Positions 1 to 11,235 of a DNA stretch of 64,000 nucleotides are shown piece by piece. The translations under genes were made by a program, and so were the position numbers. The first letter of the stretch is position 1. Each line of letters opens with the position of its first letter. Under the pieces are notes generated by a model that was not told the DNA's origin, did not search any database, and saw nothing but the letters and a program-made list of their open reading frames with translations. Source of the stretch: Desulfobacterales bacterium (lineage in GTDB: Bacteria > Desulfobacterota > Desulfobacteria > Desulfobacterales > UBA2174); NCBI GenBank assembly GCA_963668645.2, contig CAXXWC010000010.1:32001-96000 (forward strand), written 5' to 3'.

Positions 1-102
1 ATCAGCGTCTTTCCAGGCATCGCACTGCTCATCGTGGTCGCCAGCATCAACCAGGTGGCCGACCGGTTGCGCGACGTTCTCAATCCGAGGGGAATCCGAT
101 GA
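1..102 (+). CDS. ABC peptide transporter permease, C-terminal fragment (DppC/OppC-like)
   Basis: Frame 1 reads [33 protein letters not shown], a typical OppC/DppC C-terminus. The stop overlaps the ATG at 99 (ATGA). Confidence 0.85.
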   Translation: MSVFPGIALLIVVASINQVADRLRDVLNPRGIR

Positions 103-1079
103 ACCACGACGCTCCTGTCCTTTGCGTCCAGGATCTGGTCACCCATTTTTTCTCCCGGGCCGGCGTGGTCAAGGCCGTGGACGGCGTCAGCTTCTCGGTT
201 CCGGCCGGCAGGGTCTTCGGGATCGTCGGAGAGTCCGGATCCGGCAAGACCATGACCGGCCTGTCCGTGCTGGGGCTGGTTCCGCCACCGGGCCGGATCG
301 TGTCCGGATCGATCCGCCTGAACGGCTGGGAACTGACGGCGATGGATGAATCCGACCTGCGCCGGTTGCGGGGAAACCAGATGGCGATGATCTTCCAGGA
401 CGCCATGACCGCGCTCAATCCGGTTCTCCGGGTCGACACCCAGATGATCGAGGCGATCCGGGTCCACCGGCCCATGTCGCGGAACCAGGCCCGCATCGAA
501 GCTGCAACGGCTTTGGCGCAGGTGGGCATCCCGGCCCCCGAAGAGCGGTTGCGGGCCTACCCGCATCAATTCTCCGGCGGGATGCGCCAGCGGCTTGCCA
601 TCGCTCTGGCCATGATCAACGCCCCCAAGCTGATTATCGCCGACGAGCCGACTACGGCCCTGGATGTCACCATTCAGGCCCAGATCCTTTCGGAAGTCCA
701 GAAACTGAGCCGTGACCGGGGAACCGCCATCATCTGGATCACCCACGATTTGACCGTCGTCGCCGGACTGGCCGACCGCATCGGGGTCATGTACGCCGGC
801 CGGCTGGTGGAAACCGGAAGCGTCGACAGCGTCCTCGACCATCCTTTGCACCCCTATACCCTCGGCCTTATCGGGTCGGTGCCCAGCCGCACACGAAGAG
901 GAAAACCCTTGGCTCAAATTCCCGGCACGACGCCTTCTCTGGCCCATCTGCCAGCCGGCTGCGCGTTCAAAGACCGCTGCTGTCGAGCCCGCGAAACCTG
1001 CCGGCAGACCCCCGCCATGGTTGAAGCGGCTCCCGGGCACCAGGTTCGCTGCCATTTTCCCGGAGGTGAACTGCCATGA
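99..1079 (+). CDS. Oligopeptide/dipeptide ABC transporter ATP-binding protein (OppD/DppD-like)
   Basis: Walker A GESGSGKT, signature FSGGMRQR, Walker B IIADEPT, HPYT motif and Cys-rich C-terminus. Confidence 0.95.
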   Translation: MNHDAPVLCVQDLVTHFFSRAGVVKAVDGVSFSVPAGRVFGIVGESGSGKTMTGLSVLGLVPPPGRIVSGSIRLNGWELTAMDESDLRRLRGNQMAMIFQDAMTALNPVLRVDTQMIEAIRVHRPMSRNQARIEAATALAQVGIPAPEERLRAYPHQFSGGMRQRLAIALAMINAPKLIIADEPTTALDVTIQAQILSEVQKLSRDRGTAIIWITHDLTVVAGLADRIGVMYAGRLVETGSVDSVLDHPLHPYTLGLIGSVPSRTRRGKPLAQIPGTTPSLAHLPAGCAFKDRCCRARETCRQTPAMVEAAPGHQVRCHFPGGELP

Positions 1080-2083
1080 CCGAGGGCAGCCGGGCCGAAG
1101 CGCTGCTGGCGCTTTGCGATATTTCCAAGGAGTTTAGTGAGACCCTCGATGTTGCCGCACGGTTGGTACGGCGCCTCCGGGCCGCACCACCGGCGCCGGT
1201 GGTGCGTGCCGTCGACGGGTTCTCCTTGAAGGTCTCCAAGGGCGAAGTCATCGGCCTTGTAGGTGAATCCGGCTGCGGCAAATCTACCCTTGGGCGCATC
1301 GCCTCCGGATTGATCCCGCCCACCCGCGGCGAAGTCCGCTTCAAGGGCCGGTTGCTCGATCAGATGCGCGGTAAAGGCCCACAAAAAGACGGCCTGGGCC
1401 TTCAGATGATCTTCCAAAACCCCTTCGCCTCGCTCAATCCGAGGATGCGCGTCGGCGAGATTATCGGAGAAGCCCCCTGCTATCACGGGATCGTCCGGCC
1501 GGAAGAAATCGTCGACTACGTGGACGGCCTGATGGCCCGCTGCGGGCTCGAACCGTCCTACAAGGACCGTTTCCCCCATCAGTTTTCCGGTGGCCAGCGG
1601 CAGCGCATCGCCATCTGCCGGGCCCTGGCCGTGAAACCGGAGTTTTTAGTCTGCGACGAAGTCGTCTCGGCCCTGGATGCTTCCATCCAGGCCCAGATTA
1701 TCAACCTTTTCAATGAATTGCGCCACGATCTATCCTTTACAGCACTCTTCATCAGCCACGACCTGGGTATCGTGGAGCATATCAGCGACCGTGTGGTGAT
1801 CATGTATCTGGGGCGCATCATGGAGGTGGCGGATACCGACACACTGTTTGCCACACCGCAGCATCCTTACACGCAGGTCCTTTTGTCCCAGGTGCCCCGT
1901 ATCGAAAGACGGCATACCGCCTTTGAAGCGATTCCCGGCGAGATCCCCTCCCCGCTCTCACCGCCTCCCGGGTGCCACTTTCATCCCCGCTGCACCCGGC
2001 GCCGGGCCGAGTGCTCCCTGGAAAAGCCTCAACTGAGGCAAATCGAAAAATCGCACTGGGTGGCTTGCCACCTGTATCGTTGA
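1076..2083 (+). CDS. Oligopeptide/dipeptide ABC transporter ATP-binding protein (OppF/DppF-like)
   Basis: [38 protein letters not shown] overlap with the upstream gene. Confidence 0.95.
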   Translation: MTEGSRAEALLALCDISKEFSETLDVAARLVRRLRAAPPAPVVRAVDGFSLKVSKGEVIGLVGESGCGKSTLGRIASGLIPPTRGEVRFKGRLLDQMRGKGPQKDGLGLQMIFQNPFASLNPRMRVGEIIGEAPCYHGIVRPEEIVDYVDGLMARCGLEPSYKDRFPHQFSGGQRQRIAICRALAVKPEFLVCDEVVSALDASIQAQIINLFNELRHDLSFTALFISHDLGIVEHISDRVVIMYLGRIMEVADTDTLFATPQHPYTQVLLSQVPRIERRHTAFEAIPGEIPSPLSPPPGCHFHPRCTRRRAECSLEKPQLRQIEKSHWVACHLYR

Positions 2084-2128
2084 ACACCGTTGGGATATCC
2101 TCCCCGACCTGGCCGATTGGAAACGCCA

Positions 2129-3412
2129 ATGAAATCGACACCTATCGCCTTTACCGATGGAACCCTTATCGATGGAAGCGGAACCGCCGCCCTGAGGCAA
2201 AGTTGCCTCATCATTCAGCAGGATCTTGTCATCTCCACCGGGAAAATGGGGCAGGTTTCCATCCCCGCCGATGCCATCCGCATCGACTGCCAAGGGAAAA
2301 CCGTCATGCCCGGCCTGATCGACGCCCATACCCACCTTTTGGGTGTGACCTCGCTCAACACCTTGAACTGGCTGATTGATGAACCCTGCCTGCGCACCGC
2401 CCGGGCCACCATGGACGCTTGGCGCCTTCTGGACAGCGGATTTACCACCGTTCGCGACCCGGGCACCTACATCAGCCTGTTCATCCGCGATGCGATCAAG
2501 GGCGGCTCCGTCCCGGGCCCGCGCATTCTTAGCGCGGCCAAAGTCATCTGCCAGACCGGCGGCCACGGTGATCCGACCCATCATTTGCCCTCCGGATGGG
2601 TAGCCGATCGCAACATTTGCCGCATCGCCGACGGGGAGGTGGACTGCCGCCGGGCGGTTCGCGAACAAGCCCGGGCCGGGGCCGATTTGATCAAAATCAT
2701 GACCTCCGGCGGTGTCATGTCAGACACCGACTCGCCGGAATGTCGCCAGTATTCGCTTGCGGAAATTACCGCCATGGTCGAAGAGACCCATGCTCTGGGG
2801 CTCAAGGTGGCAAGCCATGCTCAAGGGCGCCAGGGGATCATCAACGCGCTGAAAGGGGGCGTGGACACCATCGAACATGGCAACGGTCTGGATGCCGAAG
2901 CCATCGAACTAATGCTGAAAAACGGGACCTTCCTGATTCCCACCATCTCAGTATTTCATGCCTTGGTCCATCGTGGCAGCCGCATCGGAATCAACCCCGG
3001 GCACCTTGAAAAAGCGAGGCTTAACGAGGAGATCCACAAAACCGCATTCCTCAAAGCCTGGGAAGCCGGCGTCAACATCGGCTTGGGCACCGACTTTCTG
3101 CTGACCCCACAGGTAAACGACGAAGTCATGGGAAACCATGCCCAGGAGCTGGCCCTTTACGTGTCAGTCGGGCTCTCGTCCATGGACGCCATCGTCTGCG
3201 CCACCCGCAACAATGCGCAAGCCCTCGGCATCGCGGACCGGGTCGGGACCTTGGCCCCGGGAAAACAGGCCGACCTGCTCGTGGTCGACGGCGATCCGCT
3301 GCAAGACATCACCCTCTTGCAGCATCCGAAAAACATCTCAATGGTCTTCAAGGAAGGAAAGGCGGTGCCCCGGTTGCAAAATCCGCCACTTCACGGCATT
3401 GTTCAGCCATAA
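2129..3412 (+). CDS. Metal-dependent amidohydrolase (Xaa-Pro dipeptidase-like)
   Basis: PGLIDAHTH, GFTTVRD, DLIKIM, HA, TIEHG, GTD and GKQADLLVV motifs. Start ATG 2129 assumed. Confidence 0.9.
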   Translation: MKSTPIAFTDGTLIDGSGTAALRQSCLIIQQDLVISTGKMGQVSIPADAIRIDCQGKTVMPGLIDAHTHLLGVTSLNTLNWLIDEPCLRTARATMDAWRLLDSGFTTVRDPGTYISLFIRDAIKGGSVPGPRILSAAKVICQTGGHGDPTHHLPSGWVADRNICRIADGEVDCRRAVREQARAGADLIKIMTSGGVMSDTDSPECRQYSLAEITAMVEETHALGLKVASHAQGRQGIINALKGGVDTIEHGNGLDAEAIELMLKNGTFLIPTISVFHALVHRGSRIGINPGHLEKARLNEEIHKTAFLKAWEAGVNIGLGTDFLLTPQVNDEVMGNHAQELALYVSVGLSSMDAIVCATRNNAQALGIADRVGTLAPGKQADLLVVDGDPLQDITLLQHPKNISMVFKEGKAVPRLQNPPLHGIVQP

Positions 3413-3479
3413 AAGTAGCCGGGGTTCTTCCGGTTTTTACGCACATGGTTACAAGTTGCTGAACACAGCCACACAACCG

Positions 3480-3720
3480 TGAAACGATCGTTCAGATGCT
3501 GGAAGCCGAACTGGAACGCCACCGGGAGCAAACGGCCACGGCCCAGTGGGCGATCGAGCTGTTGGCCTCGGCGCGCTTCAAGCGGGATCTTCGCATCACC
3601 AAGGGCAACCAGGTCCGAATCGACCGGGAGGCCATCAAGGCGGCGGCTAAATACGACGGCAAATGGGTACTGGAAACCAACGCCGATACCATCACCCTCT
3701 AAGACGCCGCCTGCGGGTAC
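3480..3720 (+). pseudogene. IS1634-family transposase fragment
   Basis: IDREAIKAAAKYDGKWVLETN...L*DAACGY matches the IS1634 C-terminal region. It has an internal stop and is truncated. Confidence 0.65.
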
Positions 3721-4015
3721 AGTGCCCATAGCGCACGTGCCGGCGCTTGAAGGCCACGGCATAGGCGGCAAGAAACCGGTGCATGAGCACCGGCAGCCTC
3801 TCGGACCACTGCAACGCAGGATATGGGCGTAATTGTCCATCAGTGCCCAGCAGGCACACCCGTGCCCTGGGCAGATCGCCCAAGCGGGCCAGAAAAATCC
3901 TCACGATCCTCATCATCGTAAAACGACAGATATTCCCGCGCTCGATGCCCCGCAGCATCACGCGATGCAATCTTCCCGGCACATCCGGCCGCGCGCCTCC
4001 GAGGGCATTGGGCAC
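3721..4015 (-). pseudogene. RAYT-like Y1 (HUH) transposase 5' remnant
   Basis: Clear DNA/protein similarity to the intact gene at 11696-12679 (LHRVMLRGIERGNI). Frameshifted and truncated. Confidence 0.85.
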
Positions 4016-4120
4016 ATCTTTGCTGGATGGTCGTGAACGGATACGGATTCGCCTTCAGACCCGTCCCTCTTATCCCCGTCTTGACAAAGCTGGTGCATAT
4101 GCTAACAATTAAATCCTTAA

Positions 4121-6206
4121 CCCAAGTTTGCCAGTTATTTTTGCAGGTGTTGTTATTTCGGGAGGTTAGCGGCGGTTGTGGTCACTACCGATTATGCGTT
4201 CATGATTTTTTTTGGCAGCGGGGCCTCCTTTAGGTTCAGGCGCTGGTAGATCTGCCGGTGTTCGGGCTCGGCTGTACTGCACAGGCGCAAATGGCTGCGT
4301 CGCACCTGCTCTTGCTCTTTGGCATTGTATTCGATGGTCAGTCGCTGGTGGGTTGACAAGATCTCACAGATGGTCGCCCACGAGCGGTGGTCGCCGCACA
4401 AGCGCAGCTTGTATTCGATGGTATGCAAGATGTGGTAGGCGATTACCGATATGAATAGATGGGTATCCGCGCGCTCTTGGTTTTGGTGAAAATTGGGTCT
4501 GAGCCCCAGCGAAGACTTCAGCGAGCGAAAGGCGCTTTCCACCCGGGTGAGCATTACGTAAGTCTGCCAGATTTGACCGTCGCTCAGCTCAGTGCGATCG
4601 GTTCTGAGCACATAGCAGCCCTCGAGCTGACGCTGCGCATCATACTGGTCTCGCTTTTTCCAAACGATCGTCCGAGCGTTGGTCTTTGCCGCTGGTGCCG
4701 CCTCGGGTGTCACCTCAACGTCATAGAGCTTCGAAGCGCGCGGGTACTTTTCTCGCAGGCGGCCGATCATCTCGATCACTTTGGAATAGCGCTTGGTGCG
4801 CCCTTTTTTGTTCAGACCGTCCTGATAGTATCGCAGCCGCTCAAGAAACAAGCGTTCCTGCCGGCCGCGGATGCCCTGGTCCTTTGCCTGGCGGCCAGTG
4901 CTGTGGCATAGCAACAGGGCTTCACCGTCCTGGTCGTGGCGTTTGACCTTTAGCGTGTACTGGTCGCTTTGGCGGATGATCTGCATCGTCTGGATGTCAT
5001 CAGGGGTGAAATCAGCCTTACCCCGTTGCACCACGATGTAATGAAAGCCGTTAGCTTTCAAATAGGCCACGTTCTGTCCGGTGGCGATGCCCGCATCGAT
5101 GACCACCGTGCGGTCCCTGGCCAGGTTGGGCCGCAACGCGACCAGCGACTCGATGATTTGCGCCAAAGTACGCCCCTCGACCTGGTTGCCGGGGTAAAGA
5201 CGGCTGTATTTGGCAAAACCGAGTTCATCGACCACCAGCGCCAGCGTCAACAGCTTGCAGTCGGTGCGCTTTTCTTTGCTGCGCCCTCGCTTGGCCTTGT
5301 CATTGGCGGCCATTTGGCCTTCAAAATAAGTGTTTGTCAGGTCAAACAGGCAAATTCGTTCGGGAAGATCAAAAAGGTCTTTCTCGCGAGCGGCGAGGTG
5401 CCGCTCCAGAGCGTCCTTACATTCAAAAAGGCGGTCACCGGCACGGTACAGCGAGTTGAGAGACGGACGCAGCACCGGGCCGGTCAGTTCGTATATCGCC
5501 GAGCGGTGCAGGGCCCAGTTCCATGTGTGCACTTCGCTGCCGGGTGATACCAACCGGCCGATCACCAGGGCCTGGATCAGGGGTAAGGTGTGTGTCGATA
5601 CACCTTCGGCTATCAGTAAGTCGTCTATTTTCAACTCATTATAGACACAATGGCAGACGTACTCGGAGCCCAATGAACGGACCTGGCTGGCCTCGATCGA
5701 GGCCACATCGACGTGCTGATAGATGGGCTGTTGGACATCTGTGGCGTCATGTTCGACTTTGGTGGCCTGTTTCGAGCGGATTTTATCGGTGGCGACGCGG
5801 GCCAGTTTCTCAATCTTACGATCGGTGTCAAACAGGCGTTGTTGCCCGGTGAGCATCGATTCGATGCAATTGGCCAGGTCCTTGAATTTGTCTTGTGGCA
5901 GATCAATGGCGCCGAGGTTGAGAATCAGGCGCTGACGCGGACCGTGCTGGGTGCGCACGTTTTCGACCAGGTGCAGGTATTCGTAGACCTTCTTGGAGCC
6001 GCGATGGGATTTTCGCACACGTTTGATGTACATGCACGTGCAGGTATCACGGGAAAGGGGATACGGTCAACAGTTATTTTGATATGTGGGTCACTACATT
6101 GGTCAGCAGAAATGGCGGATCGTGTGTTTTCAGATAGTTGGGTAGCCCATCCAGGCCAATTTAGACCCAAAATGGGGTCGGGGAAGAAAAATTTGGCAAA
6201 CTTGGG
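4121..6206 (-). mobile_element. IS1634-family insertion sequence, apparently intact
   Basis: 13-bp terminal inverted repeats CCCAAGTTTGCCA (4121-4133 and 6194-6206), flanked by TTAA on both sides (4117-4120, 6207-6210). Confidence 0.9.
4192..6033 (-). CDS. IS1634-family DDE transposase
   Basis: MYIKRV...YLHLVEN, FDLTNTYFEG, GRSKEKRTD, VIDAG, VESAFRSLKS, LRPNFH. Confidence 0.92.
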   Translation of the reverse strand: MYIKRVRKSHRGSKKVYEYLHLVENVRTQHGPRQRLILNLGAIDLPQDKFKDLANCIESMLTGQQRLFDTDRKIEKLARVATDKIRSKQATKVEHDATDVQQPIYQHVDVASIEASQVRSLGSEYVCHCVYNELKIDDLLIAEGVSTHTLPLIQALVIGRLVSPGSEVHTWNWALHRSAIYELTGPVLRPSLNSLYRAGDRLFECKDALERHLAAREKDLFDLPERICLFDLTNTYFEGQMAANDKAKRGRSKEKRTDCKLLTLALVVDELGFAKYSRLYPGNQVEGRTLAQIIESLVALRPNLARDRTVVIDAGIATGQNVAYLKANGFHYIVVQRGKADFTPDDIQTMQIIRQSDQYTLKVKRHDQDGEALLLCHSTGRQAKDQGIRGRQERLFLERLRYYQDGLNKKGRTKRYSKVIEMIGRLREKYPRASKLYDVEVTPEAAPAAKTNARTIVWKKRDQYDAQRQLEGCYVLRTDRTELSDGQIWQTYVMLTRVESAFRSLKSSLGLRPNFHQNQERADTHLFISVIAYHILHTIEYKLRLCGDHRSWATICEILSTHQRLTIEYNAKEQEQVRRSHLRLCSTAEPEHRQIYQRLNLKEAPLPKKIMNA

Positions 6207-6231
6207 TTAACCTAACAAAATTACGGATGAT

Positions 6232-7122
6232 ATGTTTAAAGATAGCGACAGCCTCCATGATCTAACGGATACCAGCTCTCCGGATGAAACTCTATCCGAG
6301 ATAAAAAACATTCTCCTTCTGATCGATCCTCCTTTGGACCCGGCTCTGATCGAAACGGTATACACGGATATTATTCGCCTCTTCAAAGGGAAATTTCCGG
6401 GATACCGTGCCAGCAATACAAAATATCACAACCTGGAACATACCTGCTCAACCGCTCTTGCCACGGCAAGACTCATTCACGGCTTGCATGTCCAAGGGCA
6501 GGTGTTTTCTCCAAGGATCGTTCAGTTAGGCCTGATCGGGGCACTCTTTCATGATACCGGCCTGATCCAGACCGAGAAAGAGGAGCAGGGTACCGGGGCT
6601 CAGTTCACCATCGGGCACGAGGAACGTTCGATCGCCGTCATGGAAAAATATCTTGCTCAAAACGGATATTCGCAGACCGATATCCGTGACTGCAGCCATA
6701 TTATCAGGTGTACGGAGCTCTTTCTTCCCGTAGATGATATACCGTTCACAAGTGAAGAAGTCAGGATCATGGGCAAGATTCTTGGGACCGCCGACTTGGT
6801 GGCCCAGATGGCGGACAGGGATTACCAGGAAAAATTACCCCTGCTTTTCCTGGAATTCCAGGAAGCCGGAATGGAAGGATTCGAGACTCCTCTGGAGCTT
6901 TTTAAGAAAACAGAGGAATTTTATCGTTCGGTGGTGCGCAAAAGAATGTCCGGTGTGCTTGGGGGGGTTTCTTCCGCAGCACTCTATCATTTCAGGGAAA
7001 GATGGAACATTGATAAAAATCTATATGAGGAGTCGATCAAGCACAACCTAAGACGCGTGAAGGAGACCGTCCATGAATCTTTACTCCAGCTTTCCATCAT
7101 TTCAGGGATAGATAAAAGATAG
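6232..7122 (+). CDS. HD-domain metal-dependent phosphohydrolase
   Basis: YHNLEH, LFHDTG, HEERS and TADL motifs. Confidence 0.8.
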   Translation: MFKDSDSLHDLTDTSSPDETLSEIKNILLLIDPPLDPALIETVYTDIIRLFKGKFPGYRASNTKYHNLEHTCSTALATARLIHGLHVQGQVFSPRIVQLGLIGALFHDTGLIQTEKEEQGTGAQFTIGHEERSIAVMEKYLAQNGYSQTDIRDCSHIIRCTELFLPVDDIPFTSEEVRIMGKILGTADLVAQMADRDYQEKLPLLFLEFQEAGMEGFETPLELFKKTEEFYRSVVRKRMSGVLGGVSSAALYHFRERWNIDKNLYEESIKHNLRRVKETVHESLLQLSIISGIDKR

Positions 7123-7188
7123 GCCGGCCGCGATCTTCTGCGCGCATCTTGGTCAATCCTGAATCCAGGCTCTATCCTGCACATCCGA

Positions 7189-8646
7189 TCAATTATTGGA
7201 AAACATATGCTGTACAGGCTGGATCCCGAAAGTCGCCGGATGATGGGTTTCGATAATTTTTCTCACGTAGTCGCCTGTTTCAGGATCGCGCTCTTCTAAG
7301 TTAATGATGTCTCTATTCTTGTAACTGCCGTCTTCTTCTTTCTGCAGAAGGCAGACCAACGGCTTTTTAAAAAAATCTCTGCTGGGAGAACTGACAACCA
7401 GGGCCAAATCGCCTGTGTCTAGTTTCAGCAGCGTGCCTACCGGGTATAAGCCGAGAATATTGACAAAAACCTTCATGAGGATGGGATCGAAGTCTTTTCC
7501 GGCATGATCAAGCATGTAGCCCAAAGCGCGATCCGGGCTCATCAGCAATTTCCTGTAAACCCGCGATGATGTCAATGTATCATATTTATCTGCAATCGAA
7601 ATAATTTTTCCAAAGAGGGTCAACGGATTTTTCCAGTCGGCCCGCGGATATCCGGAAAGATCGTATTTTAAATGGTGTTCAAAAAGCGGCACCAGAATCC
7701 TGGCCTTGCTGTCAGGTGCGGCCTTTAGTTTTATCAACAGCCGGGAACTATTCAATGAATGTTCCTCGATCAATTTCAGCTCATGGTCATCCAGTTTTTC
7801 TTTCTTGTATAGGATTTCATTGGGAATCTCAATTTTTCCAAGGTCATGAAAAAGCGCACAAATACCGAGGCTCGTCAGGGACCGGCGTGAAAGGTTGATA
7901 CGCCGGCCAAGACACATGGACAACATGGCAACATTCACCGAATGGGTGAAAATATAATCGTCGAATACCCGCAGCGTGCTGATGGCGGCATAAACTTCCT
8001 CATCCTCGAAAAGATTGGTCACCATGCCTTGGACTACCCTCACGGTTCTGCCGATACCGACAACACGCTTCTCGTCTTTGATGTTCCGGGCAACATTTTC
8101 GAGAGAAGCTTTGGCGTAGGTGTAGTCTTTTATAGCCCTTTCCCACCGTTCTGCCTTGTCCTTGTAACTGGATTGTTCGTCAGCCTGAGATGATTCTGAT
8201 TTACTGATCAGCTCAACCCACTTTATACTCTGGGCATCAAAACGATCTTTAAGCCAGTCGATCGGGTCCGACTTATGTTCGGAATTTTGCAGCAGGCGCA
8301 AAAAAATCAGAAATTCTTTTTTGGAAACATCCTTGATATCTTCTAGAAAACGCACACCTTCTATACTGCGAGTTTCAAAATAACGAATGATGTTGTCAAA
8401 AAGATTCTTTGTGGTTCGATTGTAGGGAAGTTTTTCATCATCAACGAATAATTGGCCATTTGAGATCTTGAGCGTGAATGCATCACTCTCCACCCAATTG
8501 CTCATGTATTTAAAAAATTTTTCAATCCCCCCAGTAACCAGCGAATGATGGTCATCGTGAATTTTTACATTTTGAATCAGGCTGAAGAAGTTTAAAAGAA
8601 ATTCTTCAAACTGAGAATAGGATCTGTATTTTGCATAATCAGCCAT
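7189..8646 (-). CDS. HD-GYP domain phosphodiesterase
   Basis: THSVNV, FHDLGK, EHH...SGYP, IADKYD, R.Y motifs. ATG at 8646 overlaps the upstream stop. Confidence 0.9.
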   Translation of the reverse strand: MADYAKYRSYSQFEEFLLNFFSLIQNVKIHDDHHSLVTGGIEKFFKYMSNWVESDAFTLKISNGQLFVDDEKLPYNRTTKNLFDNIIRYFETRSIEGVRFLEDIKDVSKKEFLIFLRLLQNSEHKSDPIDWLKDRFDAQSIKWVELISKSESSQADEQSSYKDKAERWERAIKDYTYAKASLENVARNIKDEKRVVGIGRTVRVVQGMVTNLFEDEEVYAAISTLRVFDDYIFTHSVNVAMLSMCLGRRINLSRRSLTSLGICALFHDLGKIEIPNEILYKKEKLDDHELKLIEEHSLNSSRLLIKLKAAPDSKARILVPLFEHHLKYDLSGYPRADWKNPLTLFGKIISIADKYDTLTSSRVYRKLLMSPDRALGYMLDHAGKDFDPILMKVFVNILGLYPVGTLLKLDTGDLALVVSSPSRDFFKKPLVCLLQKEEDGSYKNRDIINLEERDPETGDYVRKIIETHHPATFGIQPVQHMFSNN

Positions 8647-10411
8647 TGATCTTTTTCCCGGAAAAAGAACTGATGCGTTTTGTTTTATCAAAAGCATCCC
8701 TGACTACTTTGAATCTGCTTTTTGAAGCCGCCTGGAGGGCGCTGTTTGCTTCCGTCGTATTGATCAACGCCAAGGCGATGGCGGCTCCCTCACGGAAAAT
8801 CGGCTTTCCCGAACCCATAAAGCGGTTCCACCCTTTGTTTAAGAGTAATTTATGCAGGTAAGGGACCGATCTGTTTGAACCGCAGTATCCCAATGCTCTA
8901 AAACATGCAAGGATATGATTCGGATCCCTTTGGGCGGAATTTTCTTGCAAGTAGCTCAGTAGCAAGTTTTCCAGAGAAACGGATTTATGCCTTTCAAAAG
9001 CCGCCAGGACACAACCGCGTATCTCATCGGAGGGGTCATCTATGAGTGAAAACAGTTTGCGTGTGTATTTAGGATCTCTCTCAAGCAGCTCATCGATCGT
9101 CTTCCTGCGCATCTTGTTGGAAGGGTGTTTGCACAGTTGGAAAAAAATTTCATTGACCCGCTTTCCCTGCAGGCAATTCAGTATGGCCAGAAACTCTTCT
9201 CTTATTTCTTGGTTATTCCGTTGCGCCAATTTTTCAAGAGGCCCGAGGTCACGCCGACTTAACCGTACGATCACCTGCGAGACCGCCTGTTTTATGTCGG
9301 CCGAGTTGCTCTGCATAATGATCGGCATAAGAAAAGGGATAGCGGCCGGAGATAAATAACTAAGTGTTTTTTCAATAACTTCTAAATGGCCACTGTCACT
9401 CGTCTCTATCTGCAAGAGTTTTTTGCTGATGAGTTTAAAAATCTCAGGCCTGGACAAGTCTTGGAAAAAGCGTTCAATGATGGGGCGCTTCCACTCTTGG
9501 CCCGCTGATGCTTCTGGGAGGAGACGCTTTTCCAGTGACTGAAAGAATGTCACCAAAAGATCAAATTTTTCCAGCTCGATGGTCTCAACAGTTATTTCCG
9601 AGATGAATCCAAAAACCCCGGCAAATTTTTCCTGTTCAATCTGTTTTCTGAGAATGATCAGCAGCAACTCGAAAAGCTCATCTGTAATATCCCAATGTTC
9701 CTCCTCCATGACCATTTGCCGAAGTATTTTAAAATCGTCAGCGGACAGTTCCAGCTGGTCCTTACTGAACGATGGATCGGCAATACTTCTGGCAAAATTT
9801 TCTCGCTGGTCGGATTCCGTCGATTGCCGAGATCCTTGCGCTTCCACTTGATCAACGGTTTCTTCGGAAGAGGGCCCCGGAGGAGGAAGTTGGGAAAGAT
9901 CCATCAACATCAACTCTTGCCAATAAATATCCACCGCCTTGAAATCGATATATTCAAGTTCTTTATCCATTAGCGCGGTGACGATATCACCCTCGGTTTC
10001 TTCGGCGAACAACCGGTATTTATGTGCAATTTTGAAAAACGAGGCGACTTCCTCAAGGGGAAGGCCCTCTTGGAACTCAATCCATTTGATACCGTCACGA
10101 TATAGCAGGGTAATGATATCTTCCGAGGAAGGTTTGCGGGAAACGGTGTGGATAATTTCAGAATGATAAAGCAGATGATCTTTTTCGACCGTCAGCCGCA
10201 AATCGCCATGTTTGGCAAAAAAATTGCCGAATACAGCGACAAGATTTTCGAGCGACTTCGTCGTCGATTCATGATGCTCAGGATATAGGGCGTAATTCTT
10301 CCATGCCAGGAGAAAATGGCTGATTAACTGCCCTGCATCCCTCAATTCTTCTTTCGAAGGTGGGGATGGCGCTGGAAATTTGGGCTGGTCTTTTGGGTTC
10401 GCTTTTTCCAC
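8639..10411 (-). CDS. HEAT-repeat domain protein, coupled to the HD-GYP gene
   Basis: N-terminal LYPEHH motif, helical C-terminal repeats (RALGYCG, AAIALA), overlap with the HD-GYP start. Confidence 0.7.
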   Translation of the reverse strand: MEKANPKDQPKFPAPSPPSKEELRDAGQLISHFLLAWKNYALYPEHHESTTKSLENLVAVFGNFFAKHGDLRLTVEKDHLLYHSEIIHTVSRKPSSEDIITLLYRDGIKWIEFQEGLPLEEVASFFKIAHKYRLFAEETEGDIVTALMDKELEYIDFKAVDIYWQELMLMDLSQLPPPGPSSEETVDQVEAQGSRQSTESDQRENFARSIADPSFSKDQLELSADDFKILRQMVMEEEHWDITDELFELLLIILRKQIEQEKFAGVFGFISEITVETIELEKFDLLVTFFQSLEKRLLPEASAGQEWKRPIIERFFQDLSRPEIFKLISKKLLQIETSDSGHLEVIEKTLSYLSPAAIPFLMPIIMQSNSADIKQAVSQVIVRLSRRDLGPLEKLAQRNNQEIREEFLAILNCLQGKRVNEIFFQLCKHPSNKMRRKTIDELLERDPKYTRKLFSLIDDPSDEIRGCVLAAFERHKSVSLENLLLSYLQENSAQRDPNHILACFRALGYCGSNRSVPYLHKLLLNKGWNRFMGSGKPIFREGAAIALALINTTEANSALQAASKSRFKVVRDAFDKTKRISSFSGKKING

Positions 10412-10740
10412 TTTTCAATACAATTATCAGCATGAGATGACATTAAAACCATTTCGCTTTTCATGGACTCGCGATTCTTGCGTTTACAAATATATACTCA
10501 GTAAAAAAGCATCTAAGACTTTTAAAAAATCAAGACACCAGATGCAACCTGAAACAATTACTTTACGAATTTAACAGCGGAAAGGATAGAAATCAAGGAG
10601 AAAGCACTCCTTGCCAACTCGGGCAAAAATGCCGCCGCTTGCATGGATGACAGGTCTGAGAATTTCCGTGTCGTCAGTGGTCGCAGACGGTTACGAATAC
10701 GTCTTCACATCTAAAGCTTAATTAATCAACCATGTCCCTT

Positions 10741-11165
10741 TATTCTCGAAACCGGCCAAATTAGGGAATGGCTCATGGCAAGGGAACGCAGGGGATGGCC
10801 TCTACCTGATCCGACAGCCGAAACCTCCGGGTTCCCGGACAGATAAGGCTGTAGCTGTCTTAGCATCAGTGCGTCGTGAGCAGGTCCGGATGACGGCGGG
10901 TCGCAGATTCGCTGACGCCAAGGGCCCGTGCCGGTTCGGCGGCGTTCCGGACCTGTTCGTGGTAATGCGCCACCATGGTCCAAAAACGCTGCAACGCGAT
11001 GGCCGGGATACGGCCGCCCCCCGTGCAGTGATCTCAAAGCGGTCATGGGCTCGTCCAGGCGCGCCAGGCTGGCCGGGCCCTGCAATTCGAAGTAGCTGAT
11101 TGAATCTTCGCCGAGCAATTCACCCGCATGGGTGGTTTTGCCGCTCTGACGCGGGCCGACCATAT
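10741..11165 (-). pseudogene. Internally deleted copy of the AAA_14/DUF4143 ATPase gene
   Basis: Blocks of near-identity to 13041-14201 (MVGPRQSGKTT, ALMLRQLQPY, 3' end), joined by large deletions and frameshifts. Confidence 0.9.
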
Positions 11166-11235
11166 GGCATCCTCGAAAGCGGTACAATCCCGACCGGCCA
11201 CCTGCAATATGTGGCCGGATTCCGGATCAATGGAA

